From: Oscillospiraceae bacterium
GTDB taxonomy: Bacteria; Bacillota; Clostridia; Oscillospirales; JAGBHD01
Assembly (NCBI GenBank): GCA_045592865.1
Contig: JAZNVP010000015.1
Location: forward strand, 1 to 56,048
DNA: 56,048 nt
Direction of reading: 5' to 3'
The translations under genes and the position numbers were made by a program. The notes under the pieces are model-generated. The model was not told the DNA's origin. It did not search any database and saw nothing but the letters and a program-made list of their open reading frames with translations. Every line of letters starts with the position of its first letter. The stretch's first letter is position 1. Positions 16,910 to 27,233 of this stretch are shown piece by piece.

Positions 16910-17782
16910 TCACTTTTTATAGGCCCTTCTGTAGTCAGCAGGGGTCATCCCGTATTTTTTCTTAAAGGCGATGGAGAAGCCCGACGGAGATAAATATCCC
17001 ACCTCGTAGCTTATCTGTTCCACCGACGTCTTGGTGGAAAGAAGTTTGCTTTCCGCCTTATGAAGCCTTAAATCAATCAGTTTTTCTCTGAAACTCATCT
17101 GATAGGTCTTGTTAAGAATTCTATTCAGCTGCCGCACCGAAAGGCCGAGCGCTTCCGCAAGATCTGCAGCGGTAACGTCATTCATATAATTCTTATCAAA
17201 ATACAGTTCGAGTTTTCTCGATCTTGCGCTTTCGGTATCGGTCTTGCCAAGTGCGAGATTACCCTTTATTTCGCTCTGCGGTTCCATATCAGCGCAAACA
17301 ATTCTTATTAAGGTTATGTAAAACTCCTTAATAAGCGCTTCAAGCATATCATCGCAGGCTATTCTTTGCGAGTTCATCTCTTCATCAAGTTTTCTGATAA
17401 TGCTCACAAACTCGCCCGAATTTCCAACAACAACAGGCTCCGTCAGTCTGTTAAAATGCTCCTCAACGAGAGAATCCTTCTTTCCCTTAAACATAAACTT
17501 AAAGGCATACTTCTCAGCATCATGAGTAAAATAAGCAGTCTTATGGTAGCACATCGGGGGAATAACGCAAACCTCACCCGTTTTCAGAACAAGTTCCTTT
17601 TTCTTGCCCGTCTCAACGATATATTCTCCCGAGCAACATATCTGCACCTCAAAACTCGGATGCTCGTGAATATCCGTGCTGCTTCTGTTGGGAGCAAACA
17701 AATTGGCATCAATAACTGCATTTATCTCGGTATCTGCAACCTTAATAACAACACCGGTATATTTAAAAACTGAATAATCCAC
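16910..17782 (-). CDS. AraC-family transcriptional regulator (cupin plus HTH)
   Basis: C-terminal AraC HTH (VGYLSPSGFSIAFKKKYGMTPADYRR) and an N-terminal cupin-like domain. It lies upstream of, and co-oriented with, the two BNR genes. Confidence 0.8.
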   Translation of the reverse strand: MDYSVFKYTGVVIKVADTEINAVIDANLFAPNRSSTDIHEHPSFEVQICCSGEYIVETGKKKELVLKTGEVCVIPPMCYHKTAYFTHDAEKYAFKFMFKGKKDSLVEEHFNRLTEPVVVGNSGEFVSIIRKLDEEMNSQRIACDDMLEALIKEFYITLIRIVCADMEPQSEIKGNLALGKTDTESARSRKLELYFDKNYMNDVTAADLAEALGLSVRQLNRILNKTYQMSFREKLIDLRLHKAESKLLSTKTSVEQISYEVGYLSPSGFSIAFKKKYGMTPADYRRAYKK

Positions 17783-17835
17783 TTTTCTTCACCCTCTTTA
17801 AAATAACATAACAGTGCTCTGCCTTCAAGTCAAAT

Positions 17836-20800
17836 TCAAATGATTATCGCCTTTTCAAGTTGAAAAGAATAAATGATAATGTCTTTTGGTAATAATCCTA
17901 ACTTTTCACTCAGTGCCTCTTTATAGAGTTCAAGCTGGGTTCTGTAACGACTTATAAGTTCCTCTTCGGTCTTTACCCTATCTGTCTTATAGTCAATAAC
18001 CGTAAAACTGTCTCCCTCTATAATAATGCAGTCGGCAATACCCTGAACCAAAACCTTCTCCTCAGAGAATTTCTCTTCCAGTTCCATTATCCTGTTTGCC
18101 GAAATGCCATACATAAAGGCATACTCTCGTTTTATCTCATCTGCCGAAGCAATTCTCTTATAAAGCTCCGACTCGAAAAACTTCGAAAGCTTCTCTTTAT
18201 CGCAAAGCTTGATCTCGGCTTCGCTCAAAAACTCGTCAGTAATTAACCTTTCGGTCTCTTTCTCTATGTCTTCTTCGGCGTTCTTATAGTTAACGTATTG
18301 CATAAACTTATGCATTGCCGTTCCCTTTTCACTTGCAGTTGCCCCGTCGCCAAAACTGAAAGCCGGTCGGATATCAAACGACGGTGTGCTCTTCTTTTTA
18401 GCAATATCCGAAACCGAAAGTCTTATCGGTATTTTTTCGGCGCCCTTATTTTTATAGGTAAAACTGTGTGCCGAAATAAGCCTTTCCAGTATATCACAAG
18501 AAGGCACCGCTGTATTCTCTGCTTTTTTGTCTTCGGGTTCCTCTGAAACGTAATCGGGAGTATTAAGAACGACCCCATCTTCAGCTAAAACTGCAGGGAG
18601 CACCCACTCGATAAACGACCCTGCGTTCTTAACGGTATACTCGTCGTTTCCTGCATCTTTAGCAGTTTTTATAAGTTTATCCCTGTTTTTCACCGCACCC
18701 GTAACAATAAGCTTGTCCTTCGCCCTTGTTAAAGCAACGTAAAGAATTCTCATTTCCTCTGCGGTAAATTCGGTGTTTTTAAGTGCCTTAGCCGCCTCAT
18801 AAGGAGCCGTGGTATATGTAGTAAACCTTTCGGTGTCCTTAATTTTAAAGCAGGGCCCAAGATTTCTGTGAACCTGTATAGTCTTCGCGGTGGTTTCCTT
18901 TGAAAATTTTCTTCCCGTATCACTAACAAAGCATATCGGGAACTCAAGCCCCTTGGAAGCGTGGACCGTTATGATCTTAACGGTATTTCCACCGGGAACT
19001 CCGCCCGACGAACCGAATTTTCCACCGTGAGCAATGGTCTTGTCGCAGTATCTTATAAAGGTCGAGAGCATCGCCGCTCCGCCCGACTCAAACTTCTTCG
19101 CAAGACTGATAAATCTTCTAAGGCCCATGCTTCTTTCTTCTCCGCCCGAAAGCGAGGTGAAAATATTAATAAAATTGGTATCAAAAAGAATACGCTTTAT
19201 AAGTTCACTCGCCGTCATCGTAAACGAAAGTGATTTATAACGCCTCAAAAACTCTAAAATGTCTATAGCCTTATCCTCATCCGACTCCTTTAAGCATTCG
19301 TATAAAGTCTTTCGTTTTTTCAGTTTCAACTTTATAAGGTCGTCGGGCGTAAAGGAAAATAACGGCGACATCATAACCGACGCCATCTCAACGTCAAGCA
19401 TCGGGTTATCAATAACCTTTAAAAGCGAGAGTAAAACACTGCACTCTCTCGAAGCGAAAAAACCTTCCGAGGTCTGCACAGAGCAAGGTATACCAAACCT
19501 CTGGAACACCTTTGAAAAGGCAGAGAAACTCTTTCTTGTCCTCATTATAACAGCAATATCACTATACTCGGGGAAACGCCTCTCCCCGCCGATAATATAT
19601 CCTTCTTTAATAAGTTCTTCTATCCTGTTTGCAACGTATTCTGCCTCTGTGAATTCGTCTTCCTTTTCGACAATAGCCGCCTCAACAGCGCATTCATCAC
19701 TTCTAAACGGAACGAGCCTTTGCTCATCGGAATAATCTATCTCGCCCGTATTCTCGGTCATAATTCTTCCGAAAACCGCATTAACGAAGGAGCAGACCGA
19801 AGAAGAACTTCTGAAATTCTCCGCCAGTGCAATACGCGCGGGAAACACTCCCTCATCCGCGCTATGTGAGTTCTCTAATTTATTAAGGAAGATGGTAGGA
19901 TCAGCAAGTCTGAATCGGTATATGCTCTGCTTAACGTCGCCAACCATAAACAGATTGTTTTCTTCTTTTGAAATCTCCTTAAAAATGGTATACTGACACT
20001 CATTGGTGTCCTGAAACTCGTCGATCATTATCTCGTCGAAATCCTTTTCGAGTTCTAAAGCAAGATCGGTTCTGACGCGTTTGCCGTCCTCTTTCTTAAC
20101 AAGAAGCGAAAGAGCAAGATGCTCAACGTCAGAAAAATCAACAATGCCTTTCCCTGCCTTTAAATCGCTATACATCTTCATATAGTGTTTAAGACCCGAT
20201 AAAAACACCTTCGAAGCAGGAAAGAGAAAATCTAAATCTTCACGGTATTCCGCTTCATCACAAACGAATACCGATTCATCTATCTTCTTTATAAGCTTTT
20301 TAATTTCGTCCCTTGTTCCCTTAACCCTGTCTTTGAGTTCTCCTTCGTGGCCCGACAGTCTGCCAATGGATCCAAAAGACTTTGCAAGAAGCGCCTTTAA
20401 ATCCGAAACAGTTCCGTTTTTTAAAGCCTCGGATATATTTTTTACGTGTGCCTGATCATCAAGTATTGCCTTGCTATACGCCGCATAAATATCGGTGTCG
20501 GACTGCATAAGAACCAGAAGTTTCTCCAGAGTTTTCTCCGCGTGGCGAAGAATTACCTCGGTTTCATTCTTCAGGATTTCAAAATAAACTGTTTCTCTGA
20601 AGTCCTTGTCGGATAAATAGTTTTCCGCCTCACTGAACCAATCTTCAGGAAACGCGGAAACAGAAATCTCCTCACAGGTTCTAATAATGCTCTCTATGAG
20701 GCCCTTTTCATCTCGGTCGGGACTTATAATATCCATTATCCTGTCGTCAGTATTCTCCGCCATAAAGGCTATTGCCGAAACAGCCGCAGTCTCTTTTAAA

Positions 20801-21189
20801 GACTTAAGCTCGGTCTCATCGCCGATCTTAAAGTCAAACGGAACGTTTGCCGAGGAAAAATTCTCCCTTAAAAGATTTGTGCAGAAAGAGTCGACCGTGC
20901 AGATATGCGCAGAGGAAACAAGAATGGACTGTTTTATAAGATGAGGATCGGGGTTTTCAGAAATAAGCGCACCTAAAGAAGCCTTTATCCTTGCCTTCAT
21001 TTCCGCCGCTGCGGCATTCGTGAAGGTAACGATAAGGAGCCTGTCTATATCGGTGCCGTCTTTAATTTTACTAATAACCCTCTCGGTTAAAACAGAAGTC
21101 TTTCCGCTTCCTGCCGCCGCCGAAACAAGAAGGCTTCCGCCCGAAAGCGAGATCGCTTTTCTTTGGGCATCAGTCCAATTTCTCGCCAT
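17836..21189 (-). CDS. addA: ATP-dependent helicase/nuclease AddA
   Basis: UvrD-type N-terminus (WTDAQRKAI, AAAGSGKTS), 1117 aa, C-terminal RecB-type nuclease region (GIADCII...DYKTD). It overlaps addB by 20 nt. Confidence 0.9.
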   Translation of the reverse strand: MARNWTDAQRKAISLSGGSLLVSAAAGSGKTSVLTERVISKIKDGTDIDRLLIVTFTNAAAAEMKARIKASLGALISENPDPHLIKQSILVSSAHICTVDSFCTNLLRENFSSANVPFDFKIGDETELKSLKETAAVSAIAFMAENTDDRIMDIISPDRDEKGLIESIIRTCEEISVSAFPEDWFSEAENYLSDKDFRETVYFEILKNETEVILRHAEKTLEKLLVLMQSDTDIYAAYSKAILDDQAHVKNISEALKNGTVSDLKALLAKSFGSIGRLSGHEGELKDRVKGTRDEIKKLIKKIDESVFVCDEAEYREDLDFLFPASKVFLSGLKHYMKMYSDLKAGKGIVDFSDVEHLALSLLVKKEDGKRVRTDLALELEKDFDEIMIDEFQDTNECQYTIFKEISKEENNLFMVGDVKQSIYRFRLADPTIFLNKLENSHSADEGVFPARIALAENFRSSSSVCSFVNAVFGRIMTENTGEIDYSDEQRLVPFRSDECAVEAAIVEKEDEFTEAEYVANRIEELIKEGYIIGGERRFPEYSDIAVIMRTRKSFSAFSKVFQRFGIPCSVQTSEGFFASRECSVLLSLLKVIDNPMLDVEMASVMMSPLFSFTPDDLIKLKLKKRKTLYECLKESDEDKAIDILEFLRRYKSLSFTMTASELIKRILFDTNFINIFTSLSGGEERSMGLRRFISLAKKFESGGAAMLSTFIRYCDKTIAHGGKFGSSGGVPGGNTVKIITVHASKGLEFPICFVSDTGRKFSKETTAKTIQVHRNLGPCFKIKDTERFTTYTTAPYEAAKALKNTEFTAEEMRILYVALTRAKDKLIVTGAVKNRDKLIKTAKDAGNDEYTVKNAGSFIEWVLPAVLAEDGVVLNTPDYVSEEPEDKKAENTAVPSCDILERLISAHSFTYKNKGAEKIPIRLSVSDIAKKKSTPSFDIRPAFSFGDGATASEKGTAMHKFMQYVNYKNAEEDIEKETERLITDEFLSEAEIKLCDKEKLSKFFESELYKRIASADEIKREYAFMYGISANRIMELEEKFSEEKVLVQGIADCIIIEGDSFTVIDYKTDRVKTEEELISRYRTQLELYKEALSEKLGLLPKDIIIYSFQLEKAIII

Positions 21190-24100
21190 ATCTCTCTCCT
21201 AAAATTTCAAAAATCTCCGTGCTTGTGAGTTTTTCAATAACCTTAACCTCGCAGTTTTCCTGAACCCCGCAAACCTCTTTGTAGTCGCAGTAATCGCAAG
21301 GTCTCCTTCCGCCCGAAAACTCGACAGGTAGTATCTTCGGGTCGTCACTTATCAGTGACGCCGCCATAGTCTTAAGGGTGCTGAAAATATGCTTTTTAAG
21401 ATAACCGAATTCTTCAAGATCAGAAAGCGACTTTGATTTGATACTGTCGCCACTCTTTTGGACGGGAATAAATCTTCCCTCAAGCCCCTTTTCCATAGCG
21501 GTAAGCACCTCTTCGTTGTTAAGAAGAAGTCCGTTCATTCTGTATCCCTTATAGAAGGTCTTTTCCTGTTCCTCTTTAGAGGGGTTTCTCCCTTTCGTAA
21601 CCTCCATCACCTCGGATGGCATATATAGAATACCCGCAGGATAAGCCTTCTCATATCTGTTCTTGCCGTTTTCGGTTATGGTTGATAGGTAAATGAGCAT
21701 CTGCATATTGATGCCTTCCATAACCTCATTAAGATTAAAGTCCTTTCCTCTCGACTTATAGTCGACCACCCTGACGAATTTTTTACCGTTTTTCTCATAG
21801 GTGTCAACGCGGTCGATAGAGCCTTCAACTATAACCCTCTTTCCGCCAACGGAAGTTATCTCCAAAGGCTTAATATCCTCACTATCTGCTATCGGAAGTT
21901 CAAAATCGGTCGGCACGAATTCACTTTCTCCCGCTTCCTCGATCATTCTTAAAATAAGCCTTCTGAGAAGTTTCTGCAGTCTTTTGTAAGCCCTTATAAA
22001 TCTTATATCCTTGCCTTCGGTTCCGCCGAAAAATTTATCGGCGCACTCCTCTAACAGTGAGCCTAAAACCTCGTCGAGATTTTCTTTAGTCAGTTTATTA
22101 TCATAAATAAGCCCAACCGTTTTTTCGAGAATATAATGGGTCAGAGTTCCCGTTATATTCGCCGAAAGCTCGGCCTTTTCTCTCGGCTTTATGTGAAGCG
22201 CATATCTCTGGAAATAAGCAAATCTGCAACGATGGAACGTCTCTGTCTTGGTTGCCGAAATGTGAATGGTATCGGGATAAAGCTTCTCAAGAAGAGACTT
22301 GTCCTTTACCGTATCGGAAGCGGTAAGGGTCGATTTTTCCATCGCCTCAACCTGCTCTTTTCTACTTCCCGATTTAAAGTAGTTTTTAAGTGAAGCGCTG
22401 TAAACAGTGTCCTCTCTGAACACCCTCGCCATCTCTAAAAATGCGCCCTCTTCACTGAGAATAAACATCTCCCTCGGAAGATCATTATAAGAAACAACAA
22501 CCTCGTCGCCGAAAACCGTCTTCATATCGTTAACAAGCTCACTCTCAGACTGCTCCTCGCCCATAAATGACGCCGTGCTATAGGAAATGAAGAGATTTTC
22601 TTCGGGGAGCATAACCGTCTTGTAAACCGTGAAAAGTTCCTCTAAATATGCCTCTTCCTCAGTCTTAATAAAATCGAGTTTGCTTCCCTTAAGATAAAGC
22701 TTTTCCTTTTTGTTAAAAACGCCTATATCGTCGCTCTTTTTTGGAATTGCTCCCTCGTTAGCGCCAATAATAAACGCCGTTTTTATGCTTTCAGCCCTTA
22801 TTCTTCCGGGTTCTGAAACCTTAACCGCATCCTTGTTCTGCGGAACCGAACCAACCTCGCAAAGCGAAGCATAAAGTCTTATGAGCGAAAGAAATTCCTG
22901 CAGGTCTCCATAGGTCTCTTTAAGGCAGTTATTCATAGAATTAAGCATAGAGGCAAAGACGCCGAGAATCTGCTCCGCCTTATTTTTAATAAGTATTCCC
23001 TCGGGAGTGGCAAACGTGTCCGCAGAGAATATCTCTTCGTATCTTTCGGTAAATCTGTATCCGTTCCAGAGCGCCTCGTAAAGAAGCCTCGTCATATCGG
23101 AAAATGATTCTCCCTTTGCCTTTTTTCTAAAGACTTTAACGGGTGAAACTATCTTTTTTCTGGTTTCATTAAGTCTCTTAAGACGCTCGGCAGTCTTCTC
23201 TTCATCGGTTTCTCTGAAGTTAAACCCGTCAGGACTTAAAACAAATTCCTTCTCCCAGTCAGACCCCTTAAGGTCCCACATAAACGCATAGTCTTCAACT
23301 TCGGAGATCTCCTTTTCCGAAAGCGCTATAAAGCCCGACTTTGCCATACCGAGATAAAGGTCCCCATCAGGAGAAACGGCGGCACTCAAGAACATGACCG
23401 CAAAAGAAAGCGGCATGGTGGTAATAAGCGGACTTTTTTCGTCCTTGAAAAACGGAATATTGTATTTAGAAAAAGCGTCCTCAATAGCCTCGGAATAGGC
23501 GTTTTTGTCTGCAACAACAACCGCAAAGTCGCCGTAACTGCAGTCCTTCTCCATAACCATCTCATTAATTTTTGCCGCGACAAACAAGGCCTCGCTGTAA
23601 CCGTCGGGGCATTCCAAAACCACAATATTTTCTTTGTTTTCGCTCTTTTCTCTATCGGTGTAGTATCTCGCAAGAGCCGTCATAGACGGTGTCTTGTGTT
23701 TACTGTCGGAAACTAAAACCTTTTCGGTTTTATATTCCGCACCAATCTCTTTGCAAAGCGAAATCAGAGAGTTTTTGGTCTTATCCGCAAGACTGAAAAC
23801 ACCGTATCTGTCGGAGTTTTCGGAAGAAGGAGCCTCTATAGAAACGTAAACCGAAGCACCTTTCTCTATAAAATATTTTATAACCTCTCTCTGCTCACCC
23901 GTAAAATACCAAAACTCGTCGAAAATAACGATATTGGGAAATTCCTTGCCGTGTCCTTTCTCTCTTAAAAGAGATACCGCCTCGTAAAGACTTCCCGTTT
24001 CGTCCATAAAGTCTTTTCCTTTAATGGCTTCATAACTGTCGAGAATATAGGATAACTCTTTCGCCTTTTTGGATATAAGGCTTTTGTCATCGGGAACGGC

Positions 24101-24505
24101 AGAAATAATATCGTAAGGCGAAGCCCCGAAGCTTTTTATCATATCGGAAAACTCGGTTAAGAGGGACACCGATTCGGGATTTTTAAAACCGCCCTTAAAA
24201 ACGTCTAAAATATCCTCGCATTCCTTTATCGCCTTCCACATAAAAAGGTTCTTATCTGCAGTTGTAACCGCAGAAACGGCAGTCTTTCCGTATAGAGTGA
24301 AAACCGATCTCTTAAATCTTTCAAAGGAAGAAACCGTAACGGAAGCAGACTTTTCCTTTTCATAGAAAAACTTTTCGGTCAAGAATGAGCACTGTTCGGG
24401 AACAATAAACAAAACCTCTTTGCCCGATCTCGCGTTTTCAAGCGCAAAATCACGCAAAGAGGCCGATTTTCCTGTTCCGTCGCATCCGAATATAAAACGA
24501 AGCAT
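21170..24505 (-). CDS. addB: ATP-dependent helicase/nuclease AddB
   Basis: Walker A CDGTGKS, about 1110 aa, C-terminal Cys cluster (CRFAYF ... CDYCDYKEVC) typical of the AddB Fe-S nuclease domain. The ATG at 24505 follows GGGGTG. A GTG at 24514 is the alternative start. Confidence 0.85.
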   Translation of the reverse strand: MLRFIFGCDGTGKSASLRDFALENARSGKEVLFIVPEQCSFLTEKFFYEKEKSASVTVSSFERFKRSVFTLYGKTAVSAVTTADKNLFMWKAIKECEDILDVFKGGFKNPESVSLLTEFSDMIKSFGASPYDIISAVPDDKSLISKKAKELSYILDSYEAIKGKDFMDETGSLYEAVSLLREKGHGKEFPNIVIFDEFWYFTGEQREVIKYFIEKGASVYVSIEAPSSENSDRYGVFSLADKTKNSLISLCKEIGAEYKTEKVLVSDSKHKTPSMTALARYYTDREKSENKENIVVLECPDGYSEALFVAAKINEMVMEKDCSYGDFAVVVADKNAYSEAIEDAFSKYNIPFFKDEKSPLITTMPLSFAVMFLSAAVSPDGDLYLGMAKSGFIALSEKEISEVEDYAFMWDLKGSDWEKEFVLSPDGFNFRETDEEKTAERLKRLNETRKKIVSPVKVFRKKAKGESFSDMTRLLYEALWNGYRFTERYEEIFSADTFATPEGILIKNKAEQILGVFASMLNSMNNCLKETYGDLQEFLSLIRLYASLCEVGSVPQNKDAVKVSEPGRIRAESIKTAFIIGANEGAIPKKSDDIGVFNKKEKLYLKGSKLDFIKTEEEAYLEELFTVYKTVMLPEENLFISYSTASFMGEEQSESELVNDMKTVFGDEVVVSYNDLPREMFILSEEGAFLEMARVFREDTVYSASLKNYFKSGSRKEQVEAMEKSTLTASDTVKDKSLLEKLYPDTIHISATKTETFHRCRFAYFQRYALHIKPREKAELSANITGTLTHYILEKTVGLIYDNKLTKENLDEVLGSLLEECADKFFGGTEGKDIRFIRAYKRLQKLLRRLILRMIEEAGESEFVPTDFELPIADSEDIKPLEITSVGGKRVIVEGSIDRVDTYEKNGKKFVRVVDYKSRGKDFNLNEVMEGINMQMLIYLSTITENGKNRYEKAYPAGILYMPSEVMEVTKGRNPSKEEQEKTFYKGYRMNGLLLNNEEVLTAMEKGLEGRFIPVQKSGDSIKSKSLSDLEEFGYLKKHIFSTLKTMAASLISDDPKILPVEFSGGRRPCDYCDYKEVCGVQENCEVKVIEKLTSTEIFEILGERYGEKLD

Positions 24506-24563
24506 ATCATTCACCCCTAACCTTATATACCTCTATTTTATATTATTTAGGTCTCTAAGTCAA

Positions 24564-25160
24564 TCATTTCCACCATTCTTTAATCCGTTCTAAAACCTCA
24601 ACAAAATAAAATTTCACCTTAAAGTTTGCGTTTTCTCGGCTAACGGGCTCAAGCAGTGCTAAAGCCTCATCATCCGCGGTGCAGGAAGGAAGGCAAAGCG
24701 GCGGAAAAAGAACGCACCACCAGTTCTTCCCCTTACTTTCTCCAATCTTGACCCTGAGCGCATTGTATCTTCCCGCAGGCATCGTAACGTCACCGTAAAC
24801 CCTCGTTTCAAAAAACATCTCACATATCTCGGCGGTTACCTCTTGGTCCTTCCCCGCTTTTAATATTTCGTCTTTTGCAGCGCTTATTATGAGTTCCATA
24901 TTTTCCTTTGCCAGACTTATCGATTCATCCTTGTCTTGAGAATTTAAAAACAAATCTCCCGTTTCCTTTAAAATGCGGTCGCGCACCAAAAGTTTTAGTG
25001 CCTGATCCTCTTCTGAGTCGGAATTTGCTATAACGTGAAGCCTTAGCGTGTTTTTTCTTATCTCTCTGCAATCTCTTGCAAAAGCGGTGAAATTGAAAAC
25101 AACCACCGAGATTATTAGCCCTAACGCCACCGAAATTCTGAATATGTTTTTTCTTTTCAT
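24564..25160 (-). CDS. spoIIR: Stage II sporulation protein R
   Basis: Signal/TM N-terminus, then LRLHVIANSDSEEDQALKLLVRDRIL and NWWCVLFPPLC, both characteristic of SpoIIR. Confidence 0.85.
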   Translation of the reverse strand: MKRKNIFRISVALGLIISVVVFNFTAFARDCREIRKNTLRLHVIANSDSEEDQALKLLVRDRILKETGDLFLNSQDKDESISLAKENMELIISAAKDEILKAGKDQEVTAEICEMFFETRVYGDVTMPAGRYNALRVKIGESKGKNWWCVLFPPLCLPSCTADDEALALLEPVSRENANFKVKFYFVEVLERIKEWWK

Positions 25161-25237
25161 AACCTTCTCCGTTTCAAGTATAAAAAAATTACCCCAAGCC
25201 TTACATTTGAAAGTTTGGGATAATTTTCTTATTTTAT

Positions 25238-26077
25238 TCAGTTTCTAACGGGTTTTGTTATTTCTGCAAAACAGTGAAGTCTCTTTTTTATCGCCTTTTT
25301 GGCCTTCCGCGCCGCAGACACTTTCTCAAAAACTCCGAACACCGCCGAGCCCGAGCCCGTCATTAATGCAGTCTTCGCTCCGTTTTCCATAAGAATTTCT
25401 TTCAGTAAATCTGTGTTTTCGGTCTTTCCGTAAGGCTCTAAATCATTTACCATAAAAGAACATAACGCATCAAGATCTTTTTTTATAAGCGCCGCTTTAA
25501 ACTCTTCAGCGGGTCCCTCATTAAAGTGTGCCGCCTCATCGAACTTTTTAAAAATCTGTGGCGTGGGGTTGCTTTCATCAGGCTTGGCAACAACTAAATA
25601 ACAGTCTGGAAAATCGGGAAGCGTCGTTAATCTTTCCCCTATTCCTTCGGCTAAAACCGTGCCACCTCTGACGCAAAACGGAACGTCGGCTCCAACCGAA
25701 GCCCCGAGCCCTTCGAGTTCTTCGTCCGAAACCGAAAGGGAGTAAAGCTTTCTAAGTCCTATAAGCACCGCCGCCGCATCGGCAGAACCTCCGCCGAGAC
25801 CTGCGCCCGAAGGAGTGCGCTTTTTTATGGTTATCTCAACCGGAAGACTTTTCCCGGTATGCTTTTCCAAAGCACTAACCGCCTTAAGCGCTATATTATC
25901 TCCCGTAACGCCCTCGCACAAAACGGCCGTCTTATCCTTCTTTTTAAGAGTAACGCCGTCGTGAATACCAATGCTCTGAAAACAGGACGAAAGCAGATGA
26001 TACCCGTCCTCTCTTACACCTGTAACCGAGAGAAAAAAATTTATCTTGGCATAAGCTTTTAGTTTAATTGAGTTCAC
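25238..26077 (-). CDS. ispE: 4-diphosphocytidyl-2-C-methyl-D-erythritol kinase
   Basis: KAYAKINFFLSVTG N-terminus and GHMP motif PSGAGLGGGSADAAA. The GTG start overlaps the upstream aminotransferase stop. Confidence 0.9.
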   Translation of the reverse strand: MNSIKLKAYAKINFFLSVTGVREDGYHLLSSCFQSIGIHDGVTLKKKDKTAVLCEGVTGDNIALKAVSALEKHTGKSLPVEITIKKRTPSGAGLGGGSADAAAVLIGLRKLYSLSVSDEELEGLGASVGADVPFCVRGGTVLAEGIGERLTTLPDFPDCYLVVAKPDESNPTPQIFKKFDEAAHFNEGPAEEFKAALIKKDLDALCSFMVNDLEPYGKTENTDLLKEILMENGAKTALMTGSGSAVFGVFEKVSAARKAKKAIKKRLHCFAEITKPVRN

Positions 26078-27233
26078 TCAAAAACTCTCCAATCCTCTGA
26101 ACTGCCTCTTTAAGATGCGCAAGGGAATAGGAATAGGATATTCTGACAAAGCCCTCGCCGCTATCCCCGAACGCCGTTCCGGGAACGACTGCAACCTTCT
26201 TGCTGTAAAGAAGCTTGGTGCAGAATTCCTCGCTCGTAAGTCCCGTTGATTTTATTGAAGGGAAGAGATAGAACGCCCCCTTTGCCTCATAGCAGTCAAG
26301 GCCTATACCTCTGAGCGCCGAGAGAAGATATCTTCTCCTCATATTGTATTCATCGCGCATCTTTTCAACGCTGTCAAGACTGTTCTTGAGCGCCTCAATA
26401 GATGCATATTGGCTTGTTGTCGGAGCGCTCATAATCCCATACTGGTGAATTTTCAGTATCTCCTTGACAATAGGCTCAGGACCTAAAACGTAGCCCATTC
26501 TCCAACCCGTCATAGCGAAAGCCTTGGAAAAGCCGCCGATGAGAATAGTCCTCTCATAAAGGCTCGGAACCGAAGCCGCCGAAGCGTGTTTTCCCTCGTA
26601 GGTAAGCTCACCGTAGATCTCGTCCGAAAGAACTAATATATTAGTGTCCTTCAAAACCTCACCGATAGCCTCCATATCCTTCCTCGTCATAATAGCGCCC
26701 GTCGGGTTATTAGGATAAGGAAGAATTAACAGTTTCGTCTTATCGGTAATATGCGCGGAAAGTTCTTCCGCAGTCAGTTTAAAATTATTTTCTGCTTTGG
26801 TGTTAATGATAACAGGAACGCCGCCCTGCAAAAGCACCATAGGAGCATAAGCCACGTAGCTCGGTTCGGGAATAATAACCTCGTCTCCTGCCTCGACCGT
26901 CGTTCTCATGGTAAGATCTATACCCTCAGATCCGCCAACCGTAACAAGACATTCGTGCAAGGGGTCATATTCTCCGCCGAAGCGGTTTTTCTGATATTTG
27001 CATATCTCTTCTCTTAGCGCTGAAAGACCCGAGTTAGAGGTATACCAGGTCTTTCCTGCCTTTAGGCTCTCAACACCTGCTTCTCTGATGTTCCAAGGAG
27101 TCTTGAAATCAGGCTCTCCAACGCTTAAAGAGATAACGTCGTCCATCTCTGCAGCAATATCAAAAAACTTTCTTATACCCGAAGGCTTCAGCGACTTTAC
27201 CCTGTTAACAAGCAATTCTTCGTAATTGATCAC
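26064..27233 (-). CDS. Class I/II PLP-dependent aminotransferase (aspartate/aromatic type)
   Basis: GEPDF, NPTG, and the PLP-lysine motif SKAFAMTGWRMGY. GTGA overlap with the Lrp gene. Confidence 0.85.
   Translation of the reverse strand: MINYEELLVNRVKSLKPSGIRKFFDIAAEMDDVISLSVGEPDFKTPWNIREAGVESLKAGKTWYTSNSGLSALREEICKYQKNRFGGEYDPLHECLVTVGGSEGIDLTMRTTVEAGDEVIIPEPSYVAYAPMVLLQGGVPVIINTKAENNFKLTAEELSAHITDKTKLLILPYPNNPTGAIMTRKDMEAIGEVLKDTNILVLSDEIYGELTYEGKHASAASVPSLYERTILIGGFSKAFAMTGWRMGYVLGPEPIVKEILKIHQYGIMSAPTTSQYASIEALKNSLDSVEKMRDEYNMRRRYLLSALRGIGLDCYEAKGAFYLFPSIKSTGLTSEEFCTKLLYSKKVAVVPGTAFGDSGEGFVRISYSYSLAHLKEAVQRIGEFLSELN

Noticed and set aside
25161-25237. A sigma-F-type forespore promoter upstream of spoIIR.
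   Set aside because: Only a TATACT-like -10 very close to the SD is visible. I could not match the sigma-F -35/-10 consensus with confidence.
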